Notes: generated from the sequence alone by a model not told the origin. Shown: positions 10,479 through 24,217, numbered from the stretch's first letter. The stretch: DNA of 64,000 nucleotides from Bacteroidota bacterium (GCA_026416125.1 JAOAFT010000011.1:150-64149), one strand, 5' to 3'. Translations and numbers: made by a program.

Positions 10479-12035
10479 CTACACTGTTTCTTCTTTCACT
10501 GTCCTTCTATGGCTGTTCTGTTGCCGTCGTTTCCGTGTAAGTGCTCTATTCAACGCTTCGAGATAAGCGTTAACGCTTCCAGTAATAATATCGGTACTTG
10601 CTGCTCGTCCATTGTACAGTGACCCATCAAAATCGATGCGGACGAATACTTCCCCAAGGGCGTCGTGTCCAGAATGCACTGCTTTAATCGAGTACTCTTT
10701 CAATTCACCAATAATACCAGTAATGCGTTCAATCGCTTTGTATGCCGCATCGACGGGGCCATCTCCTGTAGCAGAGTCAACTAGTACTTCGTTTCCATGT
10801 CGAAGTTCAACTGTCGCTGTTGGTCGTAAACTTGTACCACTTGTTATTTGCAAATTCTCCAACGTATAAATTTCCTCGGTTGATGTGAACCCAGCTTCAA
10901 CGATTGCCTCGAGATCATCATCATAAATTTCTTTCTTCTTATCGGCTATAGCACAGAACATTTTGTAAGCCCGTTCTAGTTCCTCTTCTGTCAATTGATA
11001 CCCAAGCTCAGCATATCGTTGCTTCAATGCATGGCGACCTGAATGTTTTCCAAGGACAAGTGTACTTTCTTTTATACCAACAGACTGCGGTGTCATAATT
11101 TCATAGGTAATCGGTGATTTTAATATGCCATCTTGATGAATTCCTGCTTCATGGGCGAAGGCGTTCGCACCAACAATTGCTTTATTTCGTTGCACCATCA
11201 TCCCAGTTAAGCTACTCAACAATTTACTCGTTTTCATTATCTCTTCTGTCTTGACGTTGGTGTAAAGTCCATAGTACTCACGCCGTGTTTTTAATCCCAT
11301 AACAATCTCTTCAAGTGCTGCATTGCCTGCTCGTTCACCTATACCGTTGACAGTACATTCAACCTGACGAGCACCATTCTTCAATGCAGCGAGTGAGTTT
11401 GCTACCGCTAATCCTAAATCGTTATGACAGTGAGCACTCAGAATAATCTTCCCAATGTTTGGCACTCGTTCTCGCACAGTGCGAAACATGGCACCGTACT
11501 CATCGGGTACAGCATATCCTACCGTATCAGGGAGATTAATGATTGTAGCACCTGCATCGATTGTTGCCTCAATGACTTTACACATAAAATCAATATCAGA
11601 GCGTGAAGCATCTTCGCAAGAGAATTCGACTTCATCACAGTACGATTTAGCAAGGCGTACTGCAGCAACAGCATCCTCTAGAACTTGCTCGCGAGATTTT
11701 TTAAGTTTGTACTTCAAGTGTAAATCTGATGTGGCGATAAATGTATGAATACGTGGTCTTGCAGCGTACTGAAGTGCTTGCCACGCACGTTCAATATCAC
11801 CTTTCACTGCTCGAGCAAGTGCTGCAATGGTACATCCTCGTATTGTCTTCGCTATTTCTTGGACAGCTTCAAAATCTCCTTCTGATGAGATTGGGAAACC
11901 AGCTTCTATAACATCGACTTGTAAACTCTCGAGTTGACGAGCAAGCCGGAGTTTCTCTTGTACATTCATGCTACACCCTGGCGATTGCTCGCCATCACGC
12001 AATGTGGTATCAAAAACGAACACTCGTTCTTCCAT
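10479..12035 (-). CDS. leuA: 2-isopropylmalate synthase
   Basis: 518 aa with the HMGL-like N-terminus [13 protein letters not shown], the [12 protein letters not shown] motif and a C-terminal LeuA dimerisation/regulatory domain. Confidence 0.9.
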   Translation of the reverse strand: MEERVFVFDTTLRDGEQSPGCSMNVQEKLRLARQLESLQVDVIEAGFPISSEGDFEAVQEIAKTIRGCTIAALARAVKGDIERAWQALQYAARPRIHTFIATSDLHLKYKLKKSREQVLEDAVAAVRLAKSYCDEVEFSCEDASRSDIDFMCKVIEATIDAGATIINLPDTVGYAVPDEYGAMFRTVRERVPNIGKIILSAHCHNDLGLAVANSLAALKNGARQVECTVNGIGERAGNAALEEIVMGLKTRREYYGLYTNVKTEEIMKTSKLLSSLTGMMVQRNKAIVGANAFAHEAGIHQDGILKSPITYEIMTPQSVGIKESTLVLGKHSGRHALKQRYAELGYQLTEEELERAYKMFCAIADKKKEIYDDDLEAIVEAGFTSTEEIYTLENLQITSGTSLRPTATVELRHGNEVLVDSATGDGPVDAAYKAIERITGIIGELKEYSIKAVHSGHDALGEVFVRIDFDGSLYNGRAASTDIITGSVNAYLEALNRALTRKRRQQNSHRRTVKEETV

Positions 12036-12045
12036 GAGGTATCTC

Positions 12046-13080
12046 CTATACAGTACGATTCTCTAATGCGGCCAATTTGCGCACCCACTCCATAAGTTCT
12101 TCAAATTGTGGAATATTCAATGATTGAACACCGTCGGAAAATGCTTCTTCAGGCTTTGGGTGAACCTCAACAATGATTCCATCTGCCCCTGCAGCTATTG
12201 CCGCTTTTGCGACTGGTATAACAAGCGATCGAAGACCAGTAGCATGACTTGGATCCACAATGACAGGCAGATGACTAAGTTCTTTGAGTGCAGGAACCGC
12301 CGCAATATCGCAGGTGTTTCGTGTATACTCTTCAAATGTCCGAATTCCTCGTTCACAGAGAATTACTTGCTCATTCCCTTGCGCCATGATGTACTCTGCA
12401 GACATTAATAGCTCTTTTAGCGTATTGGACATGCCGCGTTTAAGAAGAATTGGTTTTTTAAGTTTTCCAACCTCTTTGAGTAATGAAAAATTTTGCATAT
12501 TGCGAGCACCGATTTGCAAAATATCGGCATAGTCGGCAACAAGTGGAACATCCGCCGGTGTTATAACTTCTGTAACAACCGGTAGTCCTGTTGCTTCTCT
12601 TGCTTCAGCGAGGAGCTTCAATCCTTCTTCTTCTAATCCTTGGAAGCTGTACGGAGATGTTCGTGGTTTGAATGCTCCTCCACGAAGAGCATGAGCACCA
12701 GCTTTTTGTACAGCTTGTGCTGTGTGAAGTATCTGTTCCCGACTTTCAACAGAACAAGGTCCAGCAATAACCACGAAATGTCCATTTCCAATAATAAGCG
12801 GCGAAAGTCCATTTGTTCGTTGAATCGTAATCGTTGAGCGCGATGGATGCCACTCCTTGCTTGCCAACTTATATGGTTTGAGAATTGGAACAACGCTCTC
12901 TACACCATCGAGTATTTCGAGGGTTTGGAGTTGAACTTTATCACGCTCATCCCCAATGCATGCAATAACTGTCCGAAATTCACCATAAATAGGATGTGGC
13001 TTAAATCCTAATTCTTTCACCTTCCGTATTACGTGGTCTAAATGCTCCCGCGTTACTCCAGGTTTCATGACGATTATCAT
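12046..13080 (-). CDS. 3-deoxy-7-phosphoheptulonate (DAHP) synthase, type I-beta with N-terminal ferredoxin-like regulatory domain
   Basis: 344 aa. The N-terminal roughly 70 aa (MIIVMKPG...IACIGDE) resemble the Thermotoga-type regulatory domain. The core carries KDO8P/DAHPS I-beta motifs ([18 protein letters not shown]). Its ATG overlaps the cimA stop (ATGA). Confidence 0.85.
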   Translation of the reverse strand: MIIVMKPGVTREHLDHVIRKVKELGFKPHPIYGEFRTVIACIGDERDKVQLQTLEILDGVESVVPILKPYKLASKEWHPSRSTITIQRTNGLSPLIIGNGHFVVIAGPCSVESREQILHTAQAVQKAGAHALRGGAFKPRTSPYSFQGLEEEGLKLLAEAREATGLPVVTEVITPADVPLVADYADILQIGARNMQNFSLLKEVGKLKKPILLKRGMSNTLKELLMSAEYIMAQGNEQVILCERGIRTFEEYTRNTCDIAAVPALKELSHLPVIVDPSHATGLRSLVIPVAKAAIAAGADGIIVEVHPKPEEAFSDGVQSLNIPQFEELMEWVRKLAALENRTV

Positions 13081-14672
13081 AGTGAGACACCCTGTTGTTG
13101 TGGACGTGCATTTACTTTCAATAAGTAATAGTACACACTATCAACAAGTGCAATCCAACTAGCTTCAATGATATTCGTTGATACTCCAACAGTGTTCCAC
13201 GAAGAATGGGCATTCCGTGAAGTAATAAGTACTCGTACTTTTGCGCTTGTACCATCCTGACCTTCGAGTACACGCACCTTGTAATCGGTCAGCACCATAT
13301 CTTTTATCTGTGGATAAAATTTCTCTAACCCTTTACGGAGTGCCTTGTCCAGCGCATTGACAGGTCCGTTACCATCAGCAGCACTGTATTCAACTTCTTC
13401 TCCCACTTTCACTTTAATAATTGCTTCTGATACTGTTTGAGCATCGTCTGATTCTTTATGAATAATTACTTTGAAACCACCGAGTTCAAAAAATTCATAC
13501 CAATCTTCCAATTGCTCTCGAATGAGTAATTCGAGTGACCCATCTGCGTCTTCATAGTGGTACCCGTCGTACTCCATTTGTTTTATCCGATCAACGATTC
13601 GTTGTGTTGCTTCAGAATTTCCACCGAGTTCGATACCGAGCTCTTGGGCTTTATATACGACGTTGCTTCGTCCTGATAAATCAGAAACCAAAACTCGACG
13701 ATGATTTCCTACGAGCTCTGGAGCGAGGTGTTCGTACGTCGTGGGGTCTTTCATTACTGCACTCACATGAACACCCCCCTTATGTGCAAACGCACTCTTG
13801 CCAACGTATGGCAATCGCTTGGGTTCTGGCTGATTCGCCAAATCGGAAACAAAACGCGATACCTCTGTTAACCGAGTCAATTGCGATGCGGTAATACAAC
13901 TGTATCCCATTTTTAATTGTAAGTTTGGAATTATTGAACAGAGATTTGCATTCCCACATCGTTCACCGTATCCATTGATTGTCCCTTGAACATGGTTTGC
14001 ACCTGCTCGAACTGCAGCAAGTGTGTTTGCAACTGCTAGGTCGCTATCATTATGTGTATGGATACCTATGTTTCCTCCTAGTTCAGCACACACTTCGCGT
14101 ACAATTGCTTCGACTTCGTGTGTCAAGGTACCACCGTTTGTGTCACAGAGAACAAGTGTATGTGCACCTGCTTCCTTTGCAACATGGAGAGTTTTTAAGG
14201 CGTACTCCTTACTGTGCTTCCACCCATCAAAAAAATGTTCTGCATCGTAGATAACCTCCCTGCCGTGCGACACAAGGAAGGCAATCGAATCAGCGATGAG
14301 TTCGAGGTTTTCCTCTTCAGTAATGTTCAGAGCAGAGAACACGTGGAGTAACCATGTCTTTCCAAAAATGGTAACAGCTGGTGTTTCAGCTTCAATTAAC
14401 GCACGAAGGTTTGGATCTTCATGCGTTTTATTTCTTGCCCGACGCGTACTTCCAAACGCTGTTACTTTTGCATGTGTAAGTTTGAGATTCCGGGCACGTC
14501 TGAAGTATTCAACATCCCGTGGATTAGACCCAGGCCAACCACCTTCAACGTACTGAATACCAAGTTCATCGAGCTTTTGCGTAATCCGTAACTTGTCTTC
14601 AACGGAATAGCTAATATCTTCACTCTGTGTACCATCGCGGAGAGTGGTGTCGTAAAGAGTAATTTTGTTCAT
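13077..14672 (-). CDS. cimA: (R)-citramalate synthase
   Basis: The N-terminus [28 protein letters not shown], the [12 protein letters not shown] motif and a C-terminal LeuA-type domain are characteristic of the CimA clade, distinct from the leuA paralogue at 10479. The ATG at 14672 is preferred because AAAGGA lies 11 nt upstream; the alternative ATG at 14684 has no spacing to that SD. Confidence 0.8.
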   Translation of the reverse strand: MNKITLYDTTLRDGTQSEDISYSVEDKLRITQKLDELGIQYVEGGWPGSNPRDVEYFRRARNLKLTHAKVTAFGSTRRARNKTHEDPNLRALIEAETPAVTIFGKTWLLHVFSALNITEEENLELIADSIAFLVSHGREVIYDAEHFFDGWKHSKEYALKTLHVAKEAGAHTLVLCDTNGGTLTHEVEAIVREVCAELGGNIGIHTHNDSDLAVANTLAAVRAGANHVQGTINGYGERCGNANLCSIIPNLQLKMGYSCITASQLTRLTEVSRFVSDLANQPEPKRLPYVGKSAFAHKGGVHVSAVMKDPTTYEHLAPELVGNHRRVLVSDLSGRSNVVYKAQELGIELGGNSEATQRIVDRIKQMEYDGYHYEDADGSLELLIREQLEDWYEFFELGGFKVIIHKESDDAQTVSEAIIKVKVGEEVEYSAADGNGPVNALDKALRKGLEKFYPQIKDMVLTDYKVRVLEGQDGTSAKVRVLITSRNAHSSWNTVGVSTNIIEASWIALVDSVYYYLLKVNARPQQQGVSL

Positions 14673-14727
14673 AGGATAATCCATCCTTTTGAATTCGCTC
14701 TTTGAGTACGGTCATCGAAGAGCTGAG

Positions 14728-14757
14728 TGGGGGTGCACGCTCTTACTGGCACCCCCA
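14728..14757 (-). other. GC-rich intra-operon hairpin between ilvC and cimA
   Basis: On the minus strand, TGGGGGTGC-(12 nt)-GCACCCCCA gives 9 perfect base pairs. No U-tract follows. Confidence 0.4.
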
Positions 14758-14763
14758 GATTTG

Positions 14764-15825
14764 TTACTTATTCTTCTTCCAATTCTCAGGGCGAAGTGCG
14801 CGTACTGCCGCCCCTGCACGCCACATTTCTGATTCGCGCATTTCACGCAATTCTGCATCAAGCTTCTCACGGTAATCTGGAGAACTGTTCGCTTCGATTA
14901 CAATTCGGGCCTGTTCACCAGATTTCACACTTTCATAAAGCCAATCAAACACGGGCTCAACCGCTTTCCGGAACTGGTGTCGCCAATCGAGCGCACCACG
15001 CTGGGCTGTTGCACTACAATTTGCGTACATCCAATCCATTCCATTTTGATCAACAAGTCTGATGAGACTTTGCGTTAATTCCTCTACTGTTTCGTTAAAC
15101 GCTTCGCTGGGCGAATGTCCATGCTTGCGGAGCAAGTTGTACTGCGCTTCCATAATTCCAGCGAGTGCTCCCATTAAGACACCCCGTTCACCCGTGAGAT
15201 CGCTGTACACCTCCTTCTCAAAGGTTGTTGGGAAGAGATATCCAGATCCAATTGCAATTCCTAATGCAATGCATCGTTCTTTCGCTTTTCCTGTGTAGTC
15301 TTGATACACTGCAAAGCTGCTGTTGATCCCTGAACCTTCGAGAAAATTCTTCCGAACACTTGCACCCGATCCTTTTGGAGCAACCATAATGACATCAATA
15401 TCTGGTGGTGGTACAACATGCGTTAGATTCTTGTAAACGATGGAAAACCCATGTGAGAAGTAGAGTGCATCTCCTTTCTTCAAATTTGTTTTTACTGTAT
15501 CCCACAGAATCATCTGTGCTGCATCAGAAACGAGATACTGAATAATTGTTCCGCGCTGAACAGCTTCTGCAATTGGGAAAAGAGTTTTTCCCGGTACCCA
15601 CCCATCGGCTATGGCTTTGTCCCAATAGCGTTTGTCTTCTGGCGCTTGGCCCACAATCACCGTAATCCCGTTATCTTTCATGTTGAGTGCTTGTGCAGGC
15701 CCTTGGACACCATATCCAATGACCGCTACAATTTCGTTTTTCAGTACTTCACGAGCTTTTTCAAGTGGAAATTCTTCTCGTGTTACAACTTCTTCTTTAA
15801 CTCCACCAAAATCAATTAGTGCCAT
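14764..15825 (-). CDS. ilvC: ketol-acid reductoisomerase (class I)
   Basis: 353 aa with AAGGAGA upstream, the motif IGYGVQGPAQALN and full-length IlvC similarity. Confidence 0.95.
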   Translation of the reverse strand: MALIDFGGVKEEVVTREEFPLEKAREVLKNEIVAVIGYGVQGPAQALNMKDNGITVIVGQAPEDKRYWDKAIADGWVPGKTLFPIAEAVQRGTIIQYLVSDAAQMILWDTVKTNLKKGDALYFSHGFSIVYKNLTHVVPPPDIDVIMVAPKGSGASVRKNFLEGSGINSSFAVYQDYTGKAKERCIALGIAIGSGYLFPTTFEKEVYSDLTGERGVLMGALAGIMEAQYNLLRKHGHSPSEAFNETVEELTQSLIRLVDQNGMDWMYANCSATAQRGALDWRHQFRKAVEPVFDWLYESVKSGEQARIVIEANSSPDYREKLDAELREMRESEMWRAGAAVRALRPENWKKNK

Positions 15826-15882
15826 AGAACATCTCTCCTTGAAATTATTGTATTAGAATTCATGCTACTGTTCACATTCTCA

Positions 15883-17301
15883 TCACGGTAACTGTGTTGA
15901 CCCCATCAAGTATTCATCAACCGCGCGTGCAACAGCACGTCCTTCTGCTATTGCCCACACAACGAGTGACTGTCCACGACGCATATCCCCTGCTGCAAAG
16001 ACTTTATCAACCGAAGTTTTATACTTTTTCGTTGCAACATTTCCACGCTCATCGAGTTGTACACCAAGACTTTCCAGTAATCCACTCTGGACTGGACCTG
16101 TAAATCCCATAGCCAGCAACACCAAGTCAACTTCCAACGTAAATTCTGTTCCGGGAAGTGGTTCGAATGCAGGTGGTGGCCCAACTCTGACCGCATGAAG
16201 CTTTTTTACATTACCTTGACTATCACCTTCAAACCGAGTGGTCGCAACAGACCACTCTCGAACACATCCTTCCTCGTGCGAACTTTCAGTACGTAACATG
16301 TATGGCCATTGAGGCCATGGTGTTAGTGGTGATCGTTCTAATGGAGGTTTTGGCATGATTTCCAACTGATGGACTGTCACTGCCCCTTGACGTATGCTCG
16401 TGCCAACACAATCGGCCCCCGTATCTCCACCACCTATAACGACAACACGCTTTCCAGTCGCAAGAATTTCCTTCTTCGGATCAATCCGATCACCTGCAAC
16501 ACGTCGATTTTGTTGAGCAAGGAACTCCATTGCAAAGTGAATCCCTTTCAAATCGCGTCCAGGAACAAGCAAGTTCCGCGGAGATTCTGCACCACCGCAC
16601 AAAATAACTGCGTTGTACGACCGAACCAACTCCGATGGTGCAATGTTTGTTCCCACGTATGCACGGGTAGCAAAAACAATTCCCTCTGCTTGCAATAGTT
16701 CTACACGTCGATCGATAATATGTTTTTCAAGTTTGAAATCTGGAATACCATACCGCAATAGACCACCAATACGATCGTTCTTTTCATACACAGTCACATG
16801 GTGCCCTGCACGATTCAATTGTTGTGCTGCTGCCAACCCCGATGGTCCAGATCCTACAATAGCAACTGTTTTCCCTGTTCGCTTCTGTGGAGGTTCTGGT
16901 TTTACCCAATCATGGTCAAATGCATACTCGATAATCGATTTTTCAATGGCTTTTATCGACACCGGATCATCGTTGATTCCAAGCACACATGCTGTTTCAC
17001 ACGGTGCAGGGCACACACGACCAGTAATTTCGGGAAAATTGTTTGTTGCAAGAAGTACTCGGAGAGCATCGCGCCACCTATTTCGATATACTAGATCGTT
17101 CCAATGAGGAATGATATTGTTAATTGGGCACCCAGTATGGCAAAATGGAATTCCACAATCCATACAACGAGCAGCTTGGATTTGTACTTTTGCTTCTGGA
17201 AGTACTGTGTACACATCGTTCCAATCACGAATACGCTCTTCGACAGGGCGTCGCTCTGGTACTTCTCTCCGATACTCTAAAAAACCAGTAGGCTTACCCA
17301 T
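15883..17301 (-). CDS. gltD: glutamate synthase (NADPH) small subunit
   Basis: 472 aa with N-terminal Fe-S cysteine clusters ([18 protein letters not shown]) and FAD/NAD motifs ([14 protein letters not shown]). The start overlaps the gltB stop by 8 nt. Confidence 0.9.
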   Translation of the reverse strand: MGKPTGFLEYRREVPERRPVEERIRDWNDVYTVLPEAKVQIQAARCMDCGIPFCHTGCPINNIIPHWNDLVYRNRWRDALRVLLATNNFPEITGRVCPAPCETACVLGINDDPVSIKAIEKSIIEYAFDHDWVKPEPPQKRTGKTVAIVGSGPSGLAAAQQLNRAGHHVTVYEKNDRIGGLLRYGIPDFKLEKHIIDRRVELLQAEGIVFATRAYVGTNIAPSELVRSYNAVILCGGAESPRNLLVPGRDLKGIHFAMEFLAQQNRRVAGDRIDPKKEILATGKRVVVIGGGDTGADCVGTSIRQGAVTVHQLEIMPKPPLERSPLTPWPQWPYMLRTESSHEEGCVREWSVATTRFEGDSQGNVKKLHAVRVGPPPAFEPLPGTEFTLEVDLVLLAMGFTGPVQSGLLESLGVQLDERGNVATKKYKTSVDKVFAAGDMRRGQSLVVWAIAEGRAVARAVDEYLMGSTQLP

Positions 17302-20300
17302 AGTATGTTTCCTTTACTAATTCTTCCTCTTTCACATCACATTTTTTCACAACACCTAAAACACGTTTGTAGTCGTGTGGGAATACTTTTACAAATTTCG
17401 GAGCATAGAAATCCCACTGAGTTAGAATATGCTTTCCACGTGGACTCCCTGTAAACGCAACGTGCCGTTGGATAAGTGCCTTCAATACTTTGAGATCATT
17501 TTCCTCAAGTGGATCGAGATCAACAATTGAAGTATTACATCGATAGGTTTTAAAATCTCCAATTTCATCCAAAACATATGCTATACCACCAGACATTCCC
17601 GCTGCAAAATTGTATCCGGTCGGCCCAAGAACTACAACAAGTCCATTTGTCATATACTCACATCCTTGATTTCCAACGCCTTCAACAACCGCTGTGGCGC
17701 CAGAATTCCGAACAGCAAACCGTTCACCGGCTCGTCCGTTGATAAATGCTTCTCCACTGGTTGCACCATAGAGTACAACGTTTCCAACAATGACATTCTC
17801 CTCTGGTACCAACGTTGAACCGCGAGGTGGATAAATTACAATCCTACCACCAGAAAGCCCTTTCCCAACGTAATCGTTGGCATCTCCCTCTAACGTAAGT
17901 GTAATACCACGGGCGAGAAATGCTCCAAAGCTCTGACCAGCTGATCCTTTGCAATGAATTTGAATTGTACCGTCTGGTAACCCTTCTGACCCATACCGCT
18001 TTGCAACTTCACCACTGAGCATTGCACCAACAGTACGATGTACATTCCGAATTGGTAACGAGAAAGCTACCTTCTCTTTTCTCTCGAGTGCCGGCTCGGA
18101 ACGGTGAATAATTTCCCTATCGAGAACATCTTCAAGAAAGTGATTTTGAGGTACAAGGTATCGTCGGCCAACACGAGTAGGTACGGTTGGTTGTTCAAGG
18201 ATCATTGATAAGTCGATGTTCTTTGCTTTCCAGTGGTCGAGTACTTTTCGAGCTTCAAGCATGTCAACCCGTCCAATCATCTCGTCCATTCTCCGGAACC
18301 CAAGTTCTGCCATAATTTCACGCACTTCTTCTGCGAGGTAGAAGAAGAAATTAATAACATGTTGAGGTGTACCAGCAAATTTTTTTCGGAGATATGGATC
18401 TTGGGTGGCAATTCCAACAGGGCACGTGTTCAGGTGACACTTTCGCATCATAATGCACCCCATCGCTATCAATGGCATTGTTGCAAACCCGAACTCCTCA
18501 GCACCTAAGAGTGCTGCGATAACTACATCACGCCCTGTTTGAATCTTCCCGTCAGTTTGAAGTCGTACTCGACTTCGCAAGTCATTCATCACCAACACCT
18601 GCTGTGTCTCAGCGAGCCCTAACTCCCATGGAATACCAGCATGTTTAATCGACGTAAGTGGTGATGCACCCGTACCACCACTATCGCCACTTATAAGAAT
18701 CATATCCGCGTGGGCTTTTGCTACTCCTGCTGCCACCGTACCTACACCAACTTCCGAAACTAGTTTAACGGAAATCCGCGCATTCGGATTCACATTTTTT
18801 AAATCGTAAATTAATTGGGCTAAATCTTCAATTGAATAAATATCGTGGTGTGGTGGAGGCGAAATGAGACCAACCCCAGGAATAGAGTGACGTGTTTTTG
18901 CAATTATTTCGTCAACCTTATGACCAGGGAGTTGACCTCCTTCACCCGGTTTTGCGCCCTGCGCAATCTTTATTTGAATTTCATCTGCATTGACGAGGTA
19001 ACTTGCTGTAACACCAAATCGACCAGAAGCAACTTGTTTCACCGCACTCCGCCGAAGTGTTCCGTCCGGATCTGGGTAGAAGCGCTCTTCATCTTCACCT
19101 CCTTCACCTGTATTGGACTTCGCACCAATTTGATTCATTGCTATTGCGAGTGTTTCATGTGCTTCCTTGCTAATGGACCCAAACGACATCGCTCCTGTTG
19201 CAAACCGACGAACAATTTCTTTTGCAGCTTCAACCTCCTCAAGGGGTACACTTGGTTGCGTGTGTCTAAATTCCATTAGTCCACGAATTGTAAAGTTTTG
19301 CTTGTTGAGTTCATTGACCGCGTGAGTATACTCTTTAAATATTTGGTAATTCGATTCACGCACTGAACGTTGAAGTTTTGTTACCGTTATGGGATTAATG
19401 AGGTGTCGCTCCCCATTGACGCGGTAGTGATAATTCCCACCTAGATCAAGGACTAAATCATATCCAGCAATCGGTTTTTGTGCATAAGCATGCTTTTGCC
19501 GAACTTCTTCGACAAGAACATCTAACCCTACCCCGCCAATGCGCGAAACTGTACCAGTAAAGTATTTCTCAATAACGTCTTTCCCCAAACCAATTGCTTC
19601 AAAAATTTGTGCACCACGGTAACTTTGAAGTGTTGATATTCCCATCTTCGAAAAGACCTTCAACAACCCTTTCCCTATTGCTTTCCGATAATTCTCAATT
19701 GCGTGATCCAAGTCAAGCCCATTGGCGATGTGCCCCTCATGTACTAAGTATTCAATGGTTTCGAATGCTAAATACGGATTTACAGCACTTGCGCCATAGC
19801 CAATGAGCAAGCAAAAGTGCATAACTTCGCGTGGTTCACCACTCTCAACAACTAGAGCTGCTTGAGTACGTTTTTCCTCACGGACTAAGTAATTATGAAC
19901 TGCGCTCAATGCAAGCAAACTTGGAATTGGTGCATACTCTTCATCAGAACCTCGATCAGAAAGAATGATAATCGAGTACCCTGAATCAATTGCGAGAGAT
20001 GCTCGTCTACATAATCCATCAAGTGCACGTTCAAGTTCTTCCACGCCACCGTGGACACGGAACAACATTGGCAACGTTGTTGCTAAAAAATCACCCGTAG
20101 AAACCCGACGCAGTTTCTCAAGCTCACGGTTCGTTAGCACCGGATGTTTCAATTTTAATGTATGGCAATGGTATGGGGTTTCTTCTAAGATATTCCGCTC
20201 ACACCCAATGTAACTTGTCAACGACATGACAACTTCTTCACGAATTGGATCGATGGGAGGGTTCGTTACTTGTGCAAACAATTGCTTAAAATAATTAAAC

Positions 20301-21847
20301 AGCAGCTGAGGTTTGTCTGAAAGACATGCCAACGGTGTATCGGTTCCCATGGATCCAACAGGCTCCTCTGCATTCAATACCATCGGAGTCAAAATCATTT
20401 GTACATCTTCCTCTGTGTACCCAAATAAGCGCTGCCGTTGAATGAGATCCGATGGGTGAAAAGCATGCATACGCGGAGGTTCTGGTAGTTGCTCCAAACG
20501 AATTTGGTGTTTTTCAATCCATTCACCATACGGTTGGCGAGTACTCAGGGATCTTTTTATCTCTTCATCCGGAATAATACGTTTCTGTTCAAGATCAACC
20601 AAGAGAAACTTCCCTGGACCAAGCGCTCCTTTTGAACGGATACGTTCTGGCTCAATGTCGAGTACTCCTACTTCGGAAGCCATAATAAGCAACCCGTCTG
20701 TTGTTTCCCAGTATCGTGCTGGTCGCAAGCCATTTCTATCGAGCGTAGCACCTATAATGCGTCCATCAGTGAATGCTACAGCAGCTGGTCCATCCCAAGG
20801 TTCCATGAGCGATGCATGGTACTCATAGAATGCCCGTTTCTCTTGTGGCATGCACGGATCATTGTCCCATGCTTCGGGTATAAGCATTGCTAATGTATGA
20901 GGTAAACTTCGTCCGGCAAGGTATAGTAGCTCAACTGCATTATCGAGTGCTGAGGAGTCACTTCCCTGAGGCTGGATAATAGGAAACAACTTCTTAATAT
21001 CATCACCAAAGAGATCGGACTTTAATATCGATTGTCGTGCATGCATCCAGTTGACATTTCCCCGAAGTGTATTGATTTCACCATTATGACAAATGTATCG
21101 GAACGGATGAGCGAGACGCCAGTTCGGTAAAGTATTCGTCGAAAACCGTTGGTGTACCATGCATAGTGCACTTGTAGTGTCGGGATCTGATAGATCTGTG
21201 TAAAATTGTGCTATCTGTGGCGCGAGTAATAATCCTTTATAAACAATCGTCCATGAAGAAAGCGAAGGAACGTAGAACCATTCTTTATCTCTGATAGTAG
21301 ATGTTGTAATTTCATTTTCAACACGCTTTCGAACAACATAAAGTTTTCGATCGAAAACGTCGCGCTCCATTGAAGTTGGTCGTTCAATGAATACCTGTTC
21401 AATGTAGGGCTGAGATACCCGTGCCAAACGTCCAATCGCTTCTGCATTCACAGGCAGATCACGCCAACCTAATACCCGTAAGCCTTCCTCCTGCACAACA
21501 CGTTCAATAATACCCTCACATTGCAATCGTGCACGTGCTTCAACGGGGAAGAACATCATTCCAACTCCGTAGTATCCTTCAGGAGGGAGTTCAAAGCCAA
21601 GTTTGCGGCAAGTTTTTACAAAAAATGCATGTGGAATTTGAATTGTAATACCAGCTCCATCACCCGTTTCAGGATCTGATCCAGATGCACCTCGATGTGT
21701 GAGATTAATGAGAATTTGTATCCCTTTCGTAATAATGTCATGCGATTTTTCTCCATGGATATTCACAATAAAACCAATGCCACATGCATCGTGTTCCGTT
21801 GTAGGATCATACAATGGAAATTGTTGTTGTAATTGTGATAGCACCAT
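17294..21847 (-). CDS. gltB: glutamate synthase large subunit
   Basis: 1517 aa with an Ntn amidotransferase Cys (DACGIGF), a central domain, an FMN/3Fe-4S domain and a C-terminal GXGXG beta-helix domain. Confidence 0.95.
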   Translation of the reverse strand: MVLSQLQQQFPLYDPTTEHDACGIGFIVNIHGEKSHDIITKGIQILINLTHRGASGSDPETGDGAGITIQIPHAFFVKTCRKLGFELPPEGYYGVGMMFFPVEARARLQCEGIIERVVQEEGLRVLGWRDLPVNAEAIGRLARVSQPYIEQVFIERPTSMERDVFDRKLYVVRKRVENEITTSTIRDKEWFYVPSLSSWTIVYKGLLLAPQIAQFYTDLSDPDTTSALCMVHQRFSTNTLPNWRLAHPFRYICHNGEINTLRGNVNWMHARQSILKSDLFGDDIKKLFPIIQPQGSDSSALDNAVELLYLAGRSLPHTLAMLIPEAWDNDPCMPQEKRAFYEYHASLMEPWDGPAAVAFTDGRIIGATLDRNGLRPARYWETTDGLLIMASEVGVLDIEPERIRSKGALGPGKFLLVDLEQKRIIPDEEIKRSLSTRQPYGEWIEKHQIRLEQLPEPPRMHAFHPSDLIQRQRLFGYTEEDVQMILTPMVLNAEEPVGSMGTDTPLACLSDKPQLLFNYFKQLFAQVTNPPIDPIREEVVMSLTSYIGCERNILEETPYHCHTLKLKHPVLTNRELEKLRRVSTGDFLATTLPMLFRVHGGVEELERALDGLCRRASLAIDSGYSIIILSDRGSDEEYAPIPSLLALSAVHNYLVREEKRTQAALVVESGEPREVMHFCLLIGYGASAVNPYLAFETIEYLVHEGHIANGLDLDHAIENYRKAIGKGLLKVFSKMGISTLQSYRGAQIFEAIGLGKDVIEKYFTGTVSRIGGVGLDVLVEEVRQKHAYAQKPIAGYDLVLDLGGNYHYRVNGERHLINPITVTKLQRSVRESNYQIFKEYTHAVNELNKQNFTIRGLMEFRHTQPSVPLEEVEAAKEIVRRFATGAMSFGSISKEAHETLAIAMNQIGAKSNTGEGGEDEERFYPDPDGTLRRSAVKQVASGRFGVTASYLVNADEIQIKIAQGAKPGEGGQLPGHKVDEIIAKTRHSIPGVGLISPPPHHDIYSIEDLAQLIYDLKNVNPNARISVKLVSEVGVGTVAAGVAKAHADMILISGDSGGTGASPLTSIKHAGIPWELGLAETQQVLVMNDLRSRVRLQTDGKIQTGRDVVIAALLGAEEFGFATMPLIAMGCIMMRKCHLNTCPVGIATQDPYLRKKFAGTPQHVINFFFYLAEEVREIMAELGFRRMDEMIGRVDMLEARKVLDHWKAKNIDLSMILEQPTVPTRVGRRYLVPQNHFLEDVLDREIIHRSEPALERKEKVAFSLPIRNVHRTVGAMLSGEVAKRYGSEGLPDGTIQIHCKGSAGQSFGAFLARGITLTLEGDANDYVGKGLSGGRIVIYPPRGSTLVPEENVIVGNVVLYGATSGEAFINGRAGERFAVRNSGATAVVEGVGNQGCEYMTNGLVVVLGPTGYNFAAGMSGGIAYVLDEIGDFKTYRCNTSIVDLDPLEENDLKVLKALIQRHVAFTGSPRGKHILTQWDFYAPKFVKVFPHDYKRVLGVVKKCDVKEEELVKETYYG

Positions 21848-21867
21848 TCTCGCACCACCCTTTCAAA

Positions 21868-22398
21868 TTATGCTTCTCCTTGAAACTCCCGCTTAAGCGC
21901 AACGCGACCCGTCCGTGCAACTTCTTTTAACCCAAATGGCTTGAGCATGTTAATAATTGCATCTACCTTCTGCTGACTGCCAGTGACTTCAAGAGTTAAT
22001 GTTTTGGGACTTAAATCAACAACTTTAGCTCGGAAAATTTCAGCAATGAGAATTATCTCTGCGCGTGTTGTACTCGTTGATTGTACTTTGATGAGAGCAA
22101 GTTCACGTTCAACAAAGTCTTCAAATGTTAAGTCGATAACTTTAATAACATCGATAAGTTTATTGAGTTGTTTAGTAATCTGCTCTATAATTTGGTCATC
22201 ACCGCGGGTAACAATTGTCATCCGCGCAACAGATGTATCTTCAGTAGGCCCAACTGTCAAACTATCAATGTTGTACCCTTTCGCAGAAAATAACCCTGCA
22301 ATACGATTGAGAGCTCCAAAACGATTCTCGACCAATAAGCTAATCGTGTGCTGTTTCATTTGGCCGTTCATATCAAGCTCTTGCGTTTTTTTCGCCAT
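21868..22398 (-). CDS. ilvN: acetolactate synthase small (regulatory) subunit
   Basis: The ATG at 22398 has AAGGAG 6 nt upstream and lies 10 nt after the ilvB stop. ACT domain ([15 protein letters not shown]) plus a C-terminal ALS_ss_C-like domain. Confidence 0.9.
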   Translation of the reverse strand: MAKKTQELDMNGQMKQHTISLLVENRFGALNRIAGLFSAKGYNIDSLTVGPTEDTSVARMTIVTRGDDQIIEQITKQLNKLIDVIKVIDLTFEDFVERELALIKVQSTSTTRAEIILIAEIFRAKVVDLSPKTLTLEVTGSQQKVDAIINMLKPFGLKEVARTGRVALKREFQGEA

Positions 22399-22408
22399 GG
22401 TCGGCTCC

Positions 22409-24181
22409 TTATCCTTTTTTATGAACAATGAAAGTACCTTTATTGTGCACTGAACTTTCTGGTGAATTTACCGGTTCAGGATTATCGATGATCTCATTCA
22501 CTGTTTGCCCAGCTGGTATCATGGGATACACATTTTCTTCACGTTCAACTACAAACTCAAAAAGAATTGGACCTTCATGGTGATTCAACGCGCGATGAAT
22601 CGCATCGTCAACCTCTTCATTCTTTGTGATACGGTACGCCGGAATACCAAAGGCACTTGCTAACTTCACAAAATCAGGACTATGAATGCATGTTTGTGAA
22701 TACCGTTTACGCCAGAACAACTCTTGCCACTGACGCACCATTCCAAGGTACCCATTGTTCATGATAAAAATTTTAATAGGAAGTTTATTGCAAGCAATTG
22801 TTGATAATTCCTGTGCATTCATTTGAAAGCCACCATCACCACTAATTGAAAAAATTGGCAAATCGTTTCGCCCAAACGCTACACCAATGGATGCTGGTAA
22901 GGAGAACCCCATCGTACCAAGTCCTCCAGACGTTATATTCGTGCGAGGATGCTTCCAACGGAAAAATTGCGCTGTCCACATTTGCTGCTGTCCCACATCC
23001 GATACAACAATAGCATTCCCTTTTGTAAGTTCACCAAGTCGATCAATCACATACTGTGCTCGGAGATGCTCATCGTGTTTGTATCGTAGTGGATGCTCTT
23101 TTTTCCACTGTTCAATAGTTGCGAGCCAATCTAACGTATCGAGTGGCTTTACATATTGAATAAGATGACGGAGTACATACTTCACATCTCCTACAATCGG
23201 AACATCAACAGCTACGTTTTTTCCAATTGCAGATGGATCAATATCAATGTGAATCTTTTTAGCTTCTGTTGCGAATGCATCCGTTCGTCCAGTTACACGA
23301 TCGTCGAATCGTGCTCCGACTGCAATAAGAACATCACAGTAGTTCACAGCGTAGTTCGAGTACCATGTTCCATGCATCCCCAGCATACCAAGTGAGAGTT
23401 TATTATCCTCAGGGAATGCCCCTAACCCTTGCAAAGTCGTAGTAACTGGACATTGGAGTTTTTCCGCAAGGGTACGTAACTCATGTGCTGCATTTGCATT
23501 AATAACACCACCTCCAACGTACAATACTGGTCGTTTTGCTTCATTAATAACGTCAGCGGCCTTTTTAATTTGTTTAATATTTCCTTCAACAACTGGATTA
23601 TAACTTCGTATGGAAACTGTTTTCGGGTATTCGAATACTGTTTTTTGTGCCATGACATCACGTGGTAAATCAACAAGTACAGGACCAGGACGACCTGTCG
23701 TTGCAATATAGAATGCCTCTCTAATAATTCGCGCAAGATCTCGTACATCTTTTACAAGGTAATTATGCTTCGTGATAGGACGAGTAATACCTACTATATC
23801 GGCTTCCTGGAACGCATCATTACCAATAAGCTTCGTTGCAACCTGTCCGGTAAAAACAACGATTGGTACAGAATCCATGTATGCATCTGCAATTCCAGTA
23901 ACAGTATTCGTTGCTCCTGGTCCCGATGTTACGAGTACTACACCCGGTTTCCCTGTTGCCTTTGCGTATCCTTCTGCAGCGTGTGTAGCACCTTGCTCAT
24001 GACGTGTGAGAACATGTTTAATATCTGTAATATCGTAGAGAGCATCGTAAATACCGATTGTTGCACCACCGGGGTAACCAAATACTACTTCGACACCTTC
24101 TTCAACTAAGCTTCGAACAAAGATTTCAGCCCCTGTCATTAACTTTTGGTGGTGTTTCTCGTGATGTTTTGTTGAAGTCAT
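22409..24181 (-). CDS. ilvB: acetolactate synthase large subunit (ThDP/FAD)
   Basis: 590 aa with TPP-enzyme N, central and C domains and the ThDP motif GDGGFQMN...NN. AAGGAGA lies upstream. Confidence 0.95.
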   Translation of the reverse strand: MTSTKHHEKHHQKLMTGAEIFVRSLVEEGVEVVFGYPGGATIGIYDALYDITDIKHVLTRHEQGATHAAEGYAKATGKPGVVLVTSGPGATNTVTGIADAYMDSVPIVVFTGQVATKLIGNDAFQEADIVGITRPITKHNYLVKDVRDLARIIREAFYIATTGRPGPVLVDLPRDVMAQKTVFEYPKTVSIRSYNPVVEGNIKQIKKAADVINEAKRPVLYVGGGVINANAAHELRTLAEKLQCPVTTTLQGLGAFPEDNKLSLGMLGMHGTWYSNYAVNYCDVLIAVGARFDDRVTGRTDAFATEAKKIHIDIDPSAIGKNVAVDVPIVGDVKYVLRHLIQYVKPLDTLDWLATIEQWKKEHPLRYKHDEHLRAQYVIDRLGELTKGNAIVVSDVGQQQMWTAQFFRWKHPRTNITSGGLGTMGFSLPASIGVAFGRNDLPIFSISGDGGFQMNAQELSTIACNKLPIKIFIMNNGYLGMVRQWQELFWRKRYSQTCIHSPDFVKLASAFGIPAYRITKNEEVDDAIHRALNHHEGPILFEFVVEREENVYPMIPAGQTVNEIIDNPEPVNSPESSVHNKGTFIVHKKG

Positions 24182-24217
24182 AGGTGTCTCCTTCCTGTTG
24201 TTGAACTAATCGTTCTA

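Noticed and set aside
16613-17107. Long plus-strand ORFs such as 16613-17107, 47607-48161, 21983-22453, 8291-8734, 9489-9887, 37634-38083 and 44734-45111.
   Set aside because: Each lies entirely antisense within a long minus-strand gene that has full-length family motifs. Their products are low-complexity or Cys/Ser/Arg-rich with no recognisable motifs. They are shadow ORFs.
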